Source: an uncultured Acidobacteriota bacterium (GTDB lineage: Bacteria; Acidobacteriota; Polarisedimenticolia; J045). Taken from it: 64,000 nt of DNA. Shown in pieces: positions 29,099-41,836 of this stretch. The position numbers and the translations under genes are program-made. Position 1 is the stretch's first letter, and every line of letters starts with the position of its first letter. Below the pieces are notes generated by a model that was given only the letters and a program-made list of their open reading frames with translations, made no database searches and was not told the DNA's origin. The DNA is taken from contig CAVPCQ010000018.1 in assembly GCA_963702425.1 (NCBI GenBank), forward strand, positions 32,001 to 96,000. The letters are read 5' to 3'.

Positions 29099-30270
29099 AG
29101 CTGCCTCAGCGCGGTCGTGATCCGCTCGCGGTAGGCGAAGACCGCCGGCAGCAACCCGGCTGCCACGCCGAGCGCGACCGCGAGGCCGAACGCCAGCGCG
29201 CCCAGCTCCGGCGACAGGCCGCGGTCGGCCACGCCCCGGAAGATGTCCCCGATCATCGGGATCTTCGGCAGCAGGTGGATGAAGCGGTCGCCGAACACCA
29301 GCCCGAGGCCGCCGCCGAGCACGCCGAGGACCACCGCCTCGCCCAGCACCAGCCCCATCACCTTCCCGCTCGTGAAGCCGAGCGTCTTGAGCGTCGCGAT
29401 CTCCTTGCGCCGCTCGCGGACCGCCATGCTCATCGTGTTGGCGGTGACCAGCAGGATCGTGAAGGTCGTCGCCAGGCCGATCACCCGCAGCAGCAGGGAG
29501 ATGTTGCCGATCAGCGCGATGAAGCTGGCGCGGAAGGCCGCCTCGGTCTCGGTCCTGGTCTGCGACGAGGAGTTGTCGAACAGCGCGTCTACCTCGCGGC
29601 TGATCGAGCCCGCACGGGCCGGGTCGTCGATCTCGACGACGAAGGAACCCTTCCCGACGCGCCGGCCCGTGGACTCGTAGAGGTAGCGGAAGTGGAAGAA
29701 CATCTGCTGCAGGTTGGTGCCCGGGTAGCGGGCTTCGTCGCTTTCGTAGATCCCGCGGACCACGAACTCGAACGGCCGGCCGACCCGGTACGGTGGAATC
29801 GTCGACTCCATCTGGAAGACGTCGCCCACCTTCCAGCCGAAGCGGTCCGCCAGCTCGCGGCCGACCACGCAGCCGCGAGGGTCGCGCAGGAAGGCGTCCT
29901 TCTGCTCCGGCGCCAGGATGTACTCCGGGTAGATCGCCAGGTAGGGCTCGGCGTCGATCGCGAAGTTGGCGAAGAAGTTCTTGCGGTCCTGATAGATCCC
30001 GCCGAACCAGTTCGCGCCGGCGACGCGCCGCACCCCCGGGAGCGCGGCGATGCGCCCGCCGTAATAGATCGGGAGGTTGAACACGAGGCTGACCGCATTG
30101 CGCGTGATCAGTCGCTTGTCCGATGCGCTCTCGGTCGAGGAGTCGATCGCGTCGATCGCGGTCTCGAGCACGCAGAACAGGAAGATGCACAGCGCCATCG
30201 CCAGGACCGTGAGGACCGTCCGGAACCAGTTGTACCGGAGGTGCTTCAGGATGTAGGGGAGGAACCTCAT
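29095..30270 (-). CDS. ABC transporter permease (MacB/FtsX family)
   Basis: ANTMSMAVRERRKEIATLKTLGF; four-TM FtsX topology. Confidence 0.92.
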   Translation of the reverse strand: MRFLPYILKHLRYNWFRTVLTVLAMALCIFLFCVLETAIDAIDSSTESASDKRLITRNAVSLVFNLPIYYGGRIAALPGVRRVAGANWFGGIYQDRKNFFANFAIDAEPYLAIYPEYILAPEQKDAFLRDPRGCVVGRELADRFGWKVGDVFQMESTIPPYRVGRPFEFVVRGIYESDEARYPGTNLQQMFFHFRYLYESTGRRVGKGSFVVEIDDPARAGSISREVDALFDNSSSQTRTETEAAFRASFIALIGNISLLLRVIGLATTFTILLVTANTMSMAVRERRKEIATLKTLGFTSGKVMGLVLGEAVVLGVLGGGLGLVFGDRFIHLLPKIPMIGDIFRGVADRGLSPELGALAFGLAVALGVAAGLLPAVFAYRERITTALRQL

Positions 30271-30271
30271 C

Positions 30272-30961
30272 TCAGACGACCAGGCGGCCCTTCTCGAGTT
30301 GGTAGCGGATGTGGGCGACCGCCGCCGCGCGGGGGTCGTGCGTGACCATGACGATCGTCTTCTCGAACTCCCGGTTGAGCGCCTCCATCAGGTGGAGCAC
30401 CTCGTCCGCGCTCTTCGAGTCGAGGTCGCCGGTCGGCTCGTCGGCGACCAGCACGGTCGGATCGGTCACGATCGCGCGGGCGATCGCGACGCGCTGCTCC
30501 TGGCCGCCCGAGAGCTGCCGCGGGTAGTGCTTGCTGCGGTCGGCGAGCCCGACGATCTCCAGCGCGGTCAGGGCGCGCTCGCGCCGCTCGCTCCGCGAGA
30601 AAGGCTGCAAGAGCAGCGGCAGCTCGACGTTCTCCAGCGCCGTGAGCACCGGGATCAGGTTGTAGAACTGAAAGATGAAGCCGACGTGGCGCGACCTCCA
30701 GTCGGCCAGGTCCCCCTCGCCGAGCGTCGTCACGTCGGTGCCGCCGACGATCACCGCTCCCGAGGTCGGCCGGTCGATCCCCGCGATCAGGTTGAGCAGC
30801 GTCGTCTTGCCCGAGCCGGACGGTCCCATCAGTGCCACGAACTCGCCCCGCGGGACGTCCAGCGTCAACCCGTCGAGGACGAGGATCTCCTCGGCGCCGC
30901 GCCGGTAGATCTTGCGGACCTCCCGGACCTCGACCTCGGCCGTCGCGGCCGCCCCGGTCAT
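30272..30961 (-). CDS. ABC transporter ATP-binding protein (LolD/MacB-like)
   Basis: [30 protein letters not shown]. Confidence 0.96.
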   Translation of the reverse strand: MTGAAATAEVEVREVRKIYRRGAEEILVLDGLTLDVPRGEFVALMGPSGSGKTTLLNLIAGIDRPTSGAVIVGGTDVTTLGEGDLADWRSRHVGFIFQFYNLIPVLTALENVELPLLLQPFSRSERRERALTALEIVGLADRSKHYPRQLSGGQEQRVAIARAIVTDPTVLVADEPTGDLDSKSADEVLHLMEALNREFEKTIVMVTHDPRAAAVAHIRYQLEKGRLVV

Positions 30962-30965
30962 CGCG

Positions 30966-32225
30966 TCACCGGGCCTTGATCGCGACTGCCTCGCCGCTCT
31001 TCAGCGTGGCCGCCGGCCGCAGCACGATCGTCTCGCTCCCGGCGAGGCCGCCCGTCACGACGACGTCGCCGCCCGGCCGCGTCTCGCCGGTGGTCACCGG
31101 GACGCTGCGCAGCGCCGGCTTCCCCGCCCCGTCCTCGACGACCCAGACCGAGGTCGCCGCGCCGGACTTGACCAACGCGTCCGCCGGAACCCGGATTTCC
31201 GGCCGGGTCGGTACCGGCTCTCCCTCCACCTGCTGCGAGAGGAAGTCCGCGCGCGCGCTCATCTCGGGCTTGAGGTTCGGGTCCTTGTCGACCAGTGTCA
31301 CGCGCACGAGCACCGTCGCCTTGGTGCGGTCGGCGGAGGGGATGATCTGGCGCAGCAGGCCCTTGTACCTGCGGTCCGGGAAGGCCTCGACCGTCACCTG
31401 CGCCGGCTGCTCGACGACCAGCTTCGAGACGTTGGCCTCGCCGACGTCGACCTCCGCCTCCAGCGTATCGAGGTCGGCCAGCGCGACGATCGCCCCGGAG
31501 GCGGTCGAAATGTTCACGCCCGGAGGGATCGGCGCGACGCTCTCGCCGACCTCCGCCATCTTGCGGACGACGGTGCCGGTGAACGGCGCGCGGATGACCG
31601 TATTGGAGAGGTTGGCCTCGGCCAGCTCGCGGTCGCCCTGGGCCACCGCGAGCTCGGCTTTCGCCTGGTCGACGGCCGCGTGTCCGATCGCGACCCGGGC
31701 CGCGGCGGCCTCCTTGTCGTCGACCGCGGCCACCCCCTGCTCGACCAGCTCGGTCGCCTTGCGCAGCTGCCGCTCGAACTCGGAGAGGTCGGCCGCGGCG
31801 CGCTGGATCGTCGCCTGCGCCCGTTGGATCGAGGCGTTCGACCGCGCCATCTGGGCCTCGAAGTCGCGGCTTTCGAGGCGCGCGATGACCTCGCCTTCGG
31901 CGACGCGGCTCCCTTCCTCGACCCGCAGCTCCGACAGCCGTCCCTGGATCTTCGACGACACGATCGCGCGGCGGCGCGGCACCAGGTAGCCCGAGGCGGT
32001 CAGGATCGGCTGCCCGGCCGCCAGCTGCTCGGGCGAGATCACCGTCGGTGTCGTCGCCTGGACCTCGACCGGCCCGCGGAACTTACCGGACAGCGGGATG
32101 AACGCCCCGACCGCGACGACCGCGAGCAGCGGCCAGAGCAGCCAGCGTCCGAACCGGCGCCGCCCGGCGCGGGCCGGCCCCTTGTCGATCCGCAACGAGG
32201 TCAGCTTGCTCTTCAGGTCGGTCAC
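30966..32225 (-). CDS. Efflux periplasmic adaptor subunit (MacA/HlyD-like)
   Basis: N-terminal TM helix, ASGYLVPRR, lipoyl-like VEEGSRV, coiled-coil hairpin, IRAPFTGTV, LKPEMSA. Confidence 0.92.
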   Translation of the reverse strand: MTDLKSKLTSLRIDKGPARAGRRRFGRWLLWPLLAVVAVGAFIPLSGKFRGPVEVQATTPTVISPEQLAAGQPILTASGYLVPRRRAIVSSKIQGRLSELRVEEGSRVAEGEVIARLESRDFEAQMARSNASIQRAQATIQRAAADLSEFERQLRKATELVEQGVAAVDDKEAAAARVAIGHAAVDQAKAELAVAQGDRELAEANLSNTVIRAPFTGTVVRKMAEVGESVAPIPPGVNISTASGAIVALADLDTLEAEVDVGEANVSKLVVEQPAQVTVEAFPDRRYKGLLRQIIPSADRTKATVLVRVTLVDKDPNLKPEMSARADFLSQQVEGEPVPTRPEIRVPADALVKSGAATSVWVVEDGAGKPALRSVPVTTGETRPGGDVVVTGGLAGSETIVLRPAATLKSGEAVAIKAR

Positions 32226-32291
32226 GTCAGCTCCATCCCTGCGCCGGCGCCCAGGCCCGGGTCGACGGGAACCCGTGATTCTAGCGGCCGG

Positions 32292-34145
32292 TCAGCGAAG
32301 CGGCGAGAGCGGCACATCGAGCGGTCCGGTCAGCCGGAAGACCGGCATCAGACCCACCGTCTCGTCCCAGTACGGGGTACGGCGGTACCACCACAGGTAG
32401 CGCGCCGTCGGGTCCTTCGCGAGCGCCGGGTCCGCCTCGAGCGCGGCGCTCCACTCGGCGGCCACCCCGGGATCCTTCAACATGTCGGTCGCCAGCCGGT
32501 GCAGAACCGAGGGGTCGATGTACTCCTTGCGCTCGAAGACGGTGTCGAGCATTCCCCACGCGGCGAGCGAGTCGGGCGATTCGGGCTCGAGCAGCTGCGC
32601 CGCGACCTCGAAGTCCGGCTGGTCGGCGGGGACGAAGAGCGTGCCGGCCGGGAACCGCCGCGTCGCCGTCTCGCGCGTCACCTGGAACGCCACGCGCACC
32701 CGTCCCTGGTACGAACGGCTCTCGTACTTCGGCTCGGCGAGGCGCAGGGTTTCGACCGTCAGCTCCGCCGGCCCGTCGAGACGCCGGACCGTGAGCCCGT
32801 GCGCCCGGAGCTTCTCCTCGAGCACCGGCCAGCCGGGCGCGACCAGGTACCCGCGCGGCCGCGTCGTCGTCGCCTTCGGCCTGGCGCGGTGCGACCAGGG
32901 GACGTCGAGCGAGTTCGCCTTCGAGCGGTCGTACTGCAGGACCTTGCGCCCCAGCGGCTGCGAATCGACGACCGTGAAGTCGAAGAACGGGACCCGGACG
33001 GGGGTCGTCCGGTCGTCGATCGTCCACTCGAGCACGATCTCCGAAGGCGGCGCCCCCACCTTGCCCGCCGCGACCGTCCGCTCCTCCGCCTCGGCCACCG
33101 CCTTCTCGAGAGCCAGGCCGGATGTCCCCACCTGCCGCACCAGCAGCGCCAGGAAGTCGCGAAGCGCCGCCACCCGCTCCCCGTACGGCTTGTAGGAGTG
33201 CATCTCGACCAGGACCGTCGGACGGTTCCGCAGGTTGAAGTAGCCGGTCGACAGGCGCGGCTCGCCGACCCACGACTCGAACCCCTTTGCCGGGTCGGTT
33301 CCGTCCTTCAGGTCGACGTACGGCCCGATGCGGCGCCCGCCGCGCGCCATCGCCGAGACGACCGGCGGCAGGTTGAACGACCACCACTCCTGGATCGACG
33401 GCGCGGCCTGCGGGGCCTCGATCAGCGCGAAGGTCAGGGTCCACTCGAGGTCGACGCCGTCGGTGACGTGCGTGTCGACGTGCAGGTGGGGTCGCCAGGC
33501 GTTGAACAGGCCGACCAGCGCCCGGGCCTCCGGGCTCTCCAGCTTGATGTGGTCGCGGTTGAGGTCGAGTCCGTTGGCCGTGGTGCGGAACCCCATCCCC
33601 GCGCGCGGCCCGTCCTGGTTCGGCCGGTTGAAGGGCGAGACGCGCTCGTGCCCGTCCACGTTGTAGATCGGGACCAGCAGCAACGTCGCCGCGTCGAGCA
33701 GGGCCGGCGCGTGCCCCAGCGCGATGTCGCGCAGGAGGATCAGCAAGGCGTCCTTGCCGTCGATCTCCCCGGAGTGGATTCCGGCGACGATGAAGACGAT
33801 CGGCTTGTCCAGCGCCTGCGCCGCGGCGGGGGTGACGGCGCCCTCCTTCGACACGACCACGTACGGCATCGGGCGCCCTTCGCCCGACGTGCCGTAGAAG
33901 CCGAGCCGCAGCGCGGGGGACTGCGCCTCGAGCCGCCGCAGGAAGGCGATCGTGTCGTCGTAGGAGGGAGTGGACTGGAAATCGGCGGCTTCGGCGGGGG
34001 TTCGCCAGGCCGCGGTCTCGGTGGCCTCGTCGCCCGGATCGTGCCCGTGCTCTTCGCCCGCCCGGGCCGGCGCGGTGCCCGGGCCGGCCAGGAGGGCCAG
34101 CCCCACGGCCAGGAGCGCGGAGAGCCCCGCGACCCCCCGGCTCAC
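32292..34145 (-). CDS. Secreted M14-family zinc carboxypeptidase-like protein
   Basis: Signal peptide from GTG 34145; GIHSGEIDG (HxxE), NVDGHER, DLNRD, DTHVTDG. Confidence 0.9.
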   Translation of the reverse strand: MSRGVAGLSALLAVGLALLAGPGTAPARAGEEHGHDPGDEATETAAWRTPAEAADFQSTPSYDDTIAFLRRLEAQSPALRLGFYGTSGEGRPMPYVVVSKEGAVTPAAAQALDKPIVFIVAGIHSGEIDGKDALLILLRDIALGHAPALLDAATLLLVPIYNVDGHERVSPFNRPNQDGPRAGMGFRTTANGLDLNRDHIKLESPEARALVGLFNAWRPHLHVDTHVTDGVDLEWTLTFALIEAPQAAPSIQEWWSFNLPPVVSAMARGGRRIGPYVDLKDGTDPAKGFESWVGEPRLSTGYFNLRNRPTVLVEMHSYKPYGERVAALRDFLALLVRQVGTSGLALEKAVAEAEERTVAAGKVGAPPSEIVLEWTIDDRTTPVRVPFFDFTVVDSQPLGRKVLQYDRSKANSLDVPWSHRARPKATTTRPRGYLVAPGWPVLEEKLRAHGLTVRRLDGPAELTVETLRLAEPKYESRSYQGRVRVAFQVTRETATRRFPAGTLFVPADQPDFEVAAQLLEPESPDSLAAWGMLDTVFERKEYIDPSVLHRLATDMLKDPGVAAEWSAALEADPALAKDPTARYLWWYRRTPYWDETVGLMPVFRLTGPLDVPLSPLR

Positions 34146-35650
34146 GGCGCGTTCTTGATCTCGGTCTCGAGCTCGGCGAGGCGCGTGCGCTTCTGGCCGA
34201 GACGCTCCTCGACCCCCCCGATCTTCTCGTCGAGACCGCGCCGCATCTCTTCCGCCCGCCCGCCGTCTTTCAGCCCCGCCAGCGCCTGGCGCCAGCGGTC
34301 GATGTGGCCCAGGTCGCGGGCGATCGACTCGCGCAGCGCCTCGGCCTGCTCGCGCTTGCGCGACACCGTCTCCTGCTTCTGGTGGGTCCACTCGGTGCGG
34401 CGGTGCTTGCGCTCATCCTGTGCGCGGGCGAAGACCTTGTCGCAGGCCGTGCGGAAGCGCTCCCAGAGCTGGTCGGAGAGCGCCCGCGGCACCGTCCCGA
34501 CCGTCTTCCACTCGGCCTGCAGCAGCTTGCCCTGCTCGCAGGCCCCGAACACGTCGGGCGACGCGATCAGCGCCTCCGCCGCCTCGCAGAGCGCGATCTT
34601 CCGCTGCTTGTGGGCTTCGCGGTCGTGCGAGGCCTGGGACTGCGTCGCGCGCCGCCGGTCGAAGAAGGCCCCGCGCGCGGCGCGGAACCGTTCCCAGAGC
34701 GACTCCTCCACGTCGCGCCCGGCCCAGCCCGCGGCCTTCCACGCGACCATCATCTCTTCCATCGCGTGGGCGGTCTTCTCGAGCTCGGTCGACTCGACGA
34801 GCGCCTCGGCCTGCGCGCACAACTCTTCCTTCCGGCGCCGGGCCTCGGTGCGATCGCTGGCCTGCTGGGTGCGGTTCTCGTCGCGCCGCTGGAAGAACGC
34901 GTCGAGTGCGCCGCGGAACCGCTTCCACAGCAGCTCGTCATCCTCGCGCGACGCCGAGCCCAGCGTCTTCCACCGCTCCTGCAGCGCCTTCATCTTGTCC
35001 GCGGTCTGCGTCCACGACGTCAGGTTCATCAGCGACTCGGCGACGCCGATCAACGCTTCCTTCCCGGCGCGCTGGGCGGCCTGGTAGTCCAGCACCTCGC
35101 GGCGCAGCGACTCGAGCCGAGCGAGCAGGGAGTCGAAGTCGCCGAGGGCGTCGGCGGTCTGGATCTGCTCGACCAGCCGCCCGGTGCGCTCGGAGAAACG
35201 GCCCTTGTTCGTGGCGGCCTGGATCTCCCGCTCCAGCTCGGCGGTCTTGGCCTCGAGACGCTGGAAGCGCTCGACGTAGAACGCGAACGCCGTCCGCTTG
35301 CCGCGCCCCTTGAGCGGGCCGAGCGCCCGCCCCTTGAAGAGGGCGCCGTCCTTCTGGTGAACGACGTCCTGGGCGTCGACCCACCCCCACTCCTCTCCGG
35401 GGATCGGTCCCGTCTCCGGCACCGGCGCGGCGACGGGCGGCGGCGGCGTGGGAGGGGGTGGAATCTCGGCGGGCGGGGGCGGCAGCTCCGCGACCTCTGC
35501 GGGCGCCGGGAGCGCGTCGTGCGGTTCCGGCGCGGGGAGCTCCCCGTGGGATTCGGACCCCTCCGGCTCGGGCCAGGTGGGGGGCGCGGGGCGATCCGTG
35601 GAGTCGTCACCCGCGGGCAGGTCGCTGTGCAGGACGTCGTCGTGGCTCAT
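34142..35650 (-). CDS. DUF349 repeat protein
   Basis: Pro-rich N-terminus, then repeats of K..LC..AE.L...W...G......LW.RFR.A...FF. Confidence 0.88.
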   Translation of the reverse strand: MSHDDVLHSDLPAGDDSTDRPAPPTWPEPEGSESHGELPAPEPHDALPAPAEVAELPPPPAEIPPPPTPPPPVAAPVPETGPIPGEEWGWVDAQDVVHQKDGALFKGRALGPLKGRGKRTAFAFYVERFQRLEAKTAELEREIQAATNKGRFSERTGRLVEQIQTADALGDFDSLLARLESLRREVLDYQAAQRAGKEALIGVAESLMNLTSWTQTADKMKALQERWKTLGSASREDDELLWKRFRGALDAFFQRRDENRTQQASDRTEARRRKEELCAQAEALVESTELEKTAHAMEEMMVAWKAAGWAGRDVEESLWERFRAARGAFFDRRRATQSQASHDREAHKQRKIALCEAAEALIASPDVFGACEQGKLLQAEWKTVGTVPRALSDQLWERFRTACDKVFARAQDERKHRRTEWTHQKQETVSRKREQAEALRESIARDLGHIDRWRQALAGLKDGGRAEEMRRGLDEKIGGVEERLGQKRTRLAELETEIKNAP

Positions 35651-35818
35651 GGTTCTGCTTTCCGGTGTGTGAGTTGGCGTCGGCGGCCGGGAAGCCTCGG
35701 GACCCCCGGCAGGGCCGCAAGAGCATACTCGCGGGACGGGGGGGCGACTACCGAGAATGAGCTTCCCGGGGCGCTGCCGGCCCCGCAGCAGGCCTCCCTC
35801 CCCGAAGCCGCCCGGTGT

Positions 35819-37117
35819 TCAACCAGGAACGACCTCGTACAGCAGCGAGCCACCCCGTGGCGCGAGCGCCCGGCGCGCGCCGGGCGCGGCGTTCCCCGCG
35901 AGCTTCCGCGCCGCCTCGTCGAGTGACGTGACGCGCTCGATGTGCGCCGCGGCGAGCAGCTCGTCGGGCAGTTCGGTCAGCGCCATCACCCGAAACCGGC
36001 GGGTCTTCTCGGCCAGCGCGAGGGCGGTGTGCAGCCCGACGCGGAACTCGCGCCGCAGCTCGTCTTCGATCGCCGCCGGCGTTCCGAGCGCGAGCCCGTC
36101 CGCCAGCTCGCGGTTCCCCGCGCCGTCGCCGCACGCCGCCACGAGGACGACCGTTCCGCCGTCCCGCACGACGGGGGCGACCGCGTCGAGCGCCTTGTGC
36201 GCCTGGACCAGGTCGCGATCGGCCGGGGCGCCACCGGCGGAGACGATCACGACGTCGAGCAGGGCGTCGAGGCGCACGCGGTGCGCCGCCGCGTAGCGCG
36301 CCGCGGCGCGGGCGTGGTCCTCGAACGCGTCGCCGGCGGTGGCCGACCACCCGCCCTCCGCGCCGGCCGCGCCGTCCATGATGTGCAGCAGGGTCGCCGG
36401 CGGGAACAGACGCGCCGCCTCGACGGCCGCCGCGTGGACCGGGTTCCCCTCGAGCAGACCGGCGCGCGCGGAGGGGTGTCGTCCCCCACCGGGCCGCGCG
36501 GACAGGCAGCAGCGGTGCACGGCCAGGATCGTCGGCCGCGCCGCGACGCCGGGGACCAACATCTTGCGGCCGCCGCCGAACCCGGCGAGGTAGTGGAAGA
36601 CGATCCGTCCCAGCGCCAGCACCGCGCCGGCGCGCGCGACCGCCGGATGCGCGGCGACCGGGATGCCGGAGGCGGTCGTGCCCAGGAACTCGGCGGGCGC
36701 GTCGGCGTCGTGAGGCAGCGCGATGACGCGGGCCGCGGCGGCGGGTCCGATCCAGGCGCGGAGCTCGGCCGGCGACATCGGGCGGTGCAGGCCGGAAGCG
36801 GGGACCAGGTCGACCCGCGCACACGGCACGCCCGCCGCCTCGAGCGCATCGAGCGTAGCGGGCAGCATCTCCGGCAGCGGCAACGCGCGTGTCCGGTCCG
36901 GGACGACCAGCGCGAGCCGGTCGCTCGCACCGAGTTCGCGCGCGGCGCGGGAAGCGGCGAGGCGCACGGCGGCGTCGAATCCGGTGGGCGCGGGGGACGA
37001 GGTCTCCGCGCCCGGGAGCGGCTCGAGCCAGGGAAGGTCGTGCCAGTTCTCCGGCAGCGGGAGGCGGGTTCGACCCCACGCGAGGGTGCGATCGGCCGGT
37101 GCAGTCACGGGCCGCAT
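35819..37117 (-). CDS. LarA-family nickel-pincer-dependent racemase/epimerase homolog
   Basis: VPDRTR, ASGLHRPM, FHYLAGFGGGRKMLVPGVA, QAHKAL, GGTVVLVAACGDG. Confidence 0.85.
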   Translation of the reverse strand: MRPVTAPADRTLAWGRTRLPLPENWHDLPWLEPLPGAETSSPAPTGFDAAVRLAASRAARELGASDRLALVVPDRTRALPLPEMLPATLDALEAAGVPCARVDLVPASGLHRPMSPAELRAWIGPAAAARVIALPHDADAPAEFLGTTASGIPVAAHPAVARAGAVLALGRIVFHYLAGFGGGRKMLVPGVAARPTILAVHRCCLSARPGGGRHPSARAGLLEGNPVHAAAVEAARLFPPATLLHIMDGAAGAEGGWSATAGDAFEDHARAAARYAAAHRVRLDALLDVVIVSAGGAPADRDLVQAHKALDAVAPVVRDGGTVVLVAACGDGAGNRELADGLALGTPAAIEDELRREFRVGLHTALALAEKTRRFRVMALTELPDELLAAAHIERVTSLDEAARKLAGNAAPGARRALAPRGGSLLYEVVPG

Positions 37118-37268
37118 GCTACCCCCGACCCGTCCGGCGCTTCACCGGTGATGCGGATCGGCGGGGCCAGGGGGCTCGCCGCCGCAGGGGCCGGGGAGGC
37201 ATACTCCGCCATCCCCCGGAGGCGCCCTCCCGGCGTCCCGCGTGCGCCGCCCAGCCCGAGGAACCCCC

Positions 37269-38936
<1,668 letters not shown>

Positions 38937-38988
38937 CGACGCGGCGCCCCCCTGCCTGGAAAAGCGCCCCGCGTCGCGCCTGGCAGGC

Positions 38989-39018
38989 AAAAAAAAGCCC
39001 CCCGGATCGGGGGGCTTT
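38989..39018 (-). terminator. Intrinsic terminator, probably bidirectional
   Basis: A8-GCCCCCCG-gat-CGGGGGGC-TTT between the convergent mutase and histone-like genes. Confidence 0.85.
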
Positions 39019-39047
39019 CCTTCGAAGGATGCTTTTAGTAGATCGCT

Positions 39048-39326
39048 TTAGAAAGCGGGCGGCGGTTCGATCGGCTTGGCCGTCTTGCGCGCCATCTTCT
39101 TTGTGGCCTTCTTGGTGGCCTTCTTCCGCGCGACCTTCTTGGTGGCCTTCTTCCGCGCGACTTTCTTCGTGGCCTTCTTGCGAAGGACCTTCTTGGTGGC
39201 CTTCTTGCGAAGGACCTTCTTCACGGCCTTCCGGCGGACGGCCTTCTTCACGGCCTTCCGGCGGACGGCCTTCTTCACGGCCTTCCGGCGGACGGCTTTC
39301 TTCACGGCTTTCCTTCTAGCCAGCAT
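39048..39326 (-). CDS. Histone H1/Hc2-like Lys/Arg-rich repeat protein 1 (92 aa)
   Basis: GGAGG/AAGGA RBS before ATG 39326; 9-aa repeats KKAVRRKAV and KKATKKVAR; own terminator downstream. Confidence 0.82.
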   Translation of the reverse strand: MLARRKAVKKAVRRKAVKKAVRRKAVKKAVRRKAVKKVLRKKATKKVLRKKATKKVARKKATKKVARKKATKKATKKMARKTAKPIEPPPAF

Positions 39327-39430
39327 GGTTCCTTGCCTCCTCGAGGGCGCCCATCGCCCTCCGGATTCCTGCGAGCGTCCCCGCAGAGGGTGCACACCTC
39401 ACGGAATATATGCTTGCCGTTGTTCGCCAC

Positions 39431-39436
39431 TGTCAA
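39431..39436 (-). promoter_or_regulatory. Putative sigma70 -35 box (TTGACA) upstream of histone-like gene 1
   Basis: Minus-strand TTGACA followed 18 nt later by AT-rich CATATATT; the flanking context is conserved in the paralogous unit. Confidence 0.55.
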
Positions 39437-39523
39437 GAGCCATCCGCCTCTTTTTTTGAAGTTCGGGGCGTGCACGCGGCGCCTCGGAGCGGGTCGCGGA
39501 GCGGCGCAGCGTCGCGCCCGGGG

Positions 39524-39551
39524 AAAAAAAAGCCCCCCGCGTGCGGGGGGC
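39524..39551 (-). terminator. Intrinsic terminator of histone-like gene 2
   Basis: A8-GCCCCCCGC-gt-GCGGGGGGC, near-identical to the terminator at 38989. Confidence 0.85.
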
Positions 39552-39662
39552 CTGTCCTTCGAAGGCCTTCGATGCTGGAGCGACCACCCTGTCCGACGCG
39601 CTTGTGCGAGCGGCGACCGGAGCGCCTGCCTCGACCGCGCCGTCAGGGCGCCGTCCTTGTTC

Positions 39663-40040
39663 CTACCCCTCGTTGTTCAGCGCGTTGAGGATGGCCTTGC
39701 GGACCACCGCCTTGCGGACCACCGCCTTGCGGACGGCCTTGCGGACCACCGCCTTGCGGACGGCCTTGCGGACCACCGCCTTGCGGACGACCTTGCGGCG
39801 GACGGCCTTGCGGACCACCGCCTTGCGGACGGCCTTGCGGCGGACGGCCTTGCGGACGGCCTTGCGGCGCACGGCCTTGCGGACGGCCTTGCGGCGCACG
39901 GCCTTGCGGACGGCCTTGCGGCGGACGGCCTTGCGAACGGCCTTGCGGCGCGTGGCCTTCTTCACGGCCTTCCGACGCGTCGCCTTCTTGACGGCCTTCC
40001 TGCGTGTCGCCTTCTTCGTGGCCTTCTTGCGAGTTGCCAT
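39663..40040 (-). CDS. Histone H1/Hc2-like Lys/Arg-rich repeat protein 2 (125 aa)
   Basis: GGAGG RBS before ATG 40040; repeats RKAVR/RKAVV; only one acidic residue. Confidence 0.82.
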   Translation of the reverse strand: MATRKKATKKATRRKAVKKATRRKAVKKATRRKAVRKAVRRKAVRKAVRRKAVRKAVRRKAVRKAVRRKAVRKAVVRKAVRRKVVRKAVVRKAVRKAVVRKAVRKAVVRKAVVRKAILNALNNEG

Positions 40041-40138
40041 GCTTCGTGCCTCCGCGGGGGGGATCGCCCTCCCGTTCCGTGCGGGCGTCCCCGCGACGGC
40101 GTGCACCTAGGCGCCTTTGTGCGCGCGCGGCGCTCAAC

Positions 40139-40144
40139 TGTCAA
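40139..40144 (-). promoter_or_regulatory. Putative -35 box (TTGACA) upstream of histone-like gene 2
   Basis: GATGGCCCTTGACAGT versus GATGGCTCTTGACAGT in unit 1; the -10 is weak. Confidence 0.45.
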
Positions 40145-40201
40145 GGGCCATCGGTGCGGAATGCGCGCGCGGAGGTCGCCGGGACCGCGCCGCGTCGCGC
40201 G

Positions 40202-41647
<1,446 letters not shown>

Positions 41648-41736
41648 TCGCGAACCTCCCGGTGCCGCGACGGGAAGGGAAACTGCAGAAATATAGGGCC
41701 ACGATCGCCGGGTTTTCAACGCCAAAGAGGCGCAGG

Positions 41737-41780
41737 TGACCCAGAAAATAGGTCAAAGTGACCCTTGTCGGCCATGGTCA
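41737..41780. promoter_or_regulatory. Putative enhancer (UAS) of TGACC/GGTCA half-sites
   Basis: TGACC at 41737, palindrome GGTCA-AAG-TGACC at 41751-41763, further GGTCA at 41776; about 75-100 nt upstream of the -24 box. Confidence 0.55.
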
Positions 41781-41797
41781 ACCAGCCGTAGGCCTGT

Positions 41798-41810
41798 TAT
41801 CAACAACTTA
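41798..41810 (+). promoter_or_regulatory. IHF binding site
   Basis: TATCAACAACTTA matches WATCAANNNNTTR exactly and lies between the UAS and the -24/-12 box. Confidence 0.75.
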
Positions 41811-41836
41811 GGTGATTTCTCGGCCCTGTTCAAAGA

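Noticed and set aside
30912-35087. 1391-aa plus-strand ORF and many similar long overlapping ORFs
   Set aside because: Antisense or off-frame shadows of recognisable genes; stop codons are scarce at this GC content
39076-40110. Plus-strand ORFs 39076..39459 and 39541..40110 (FFTAFRR/TALRR repeats), or a non-coding tandem repeat
   Set aside because: The RBS, -35 box and U-tailed terminators all point to the minus strand, and the repeat units are multiples of 3 encoding K/R-rich protein
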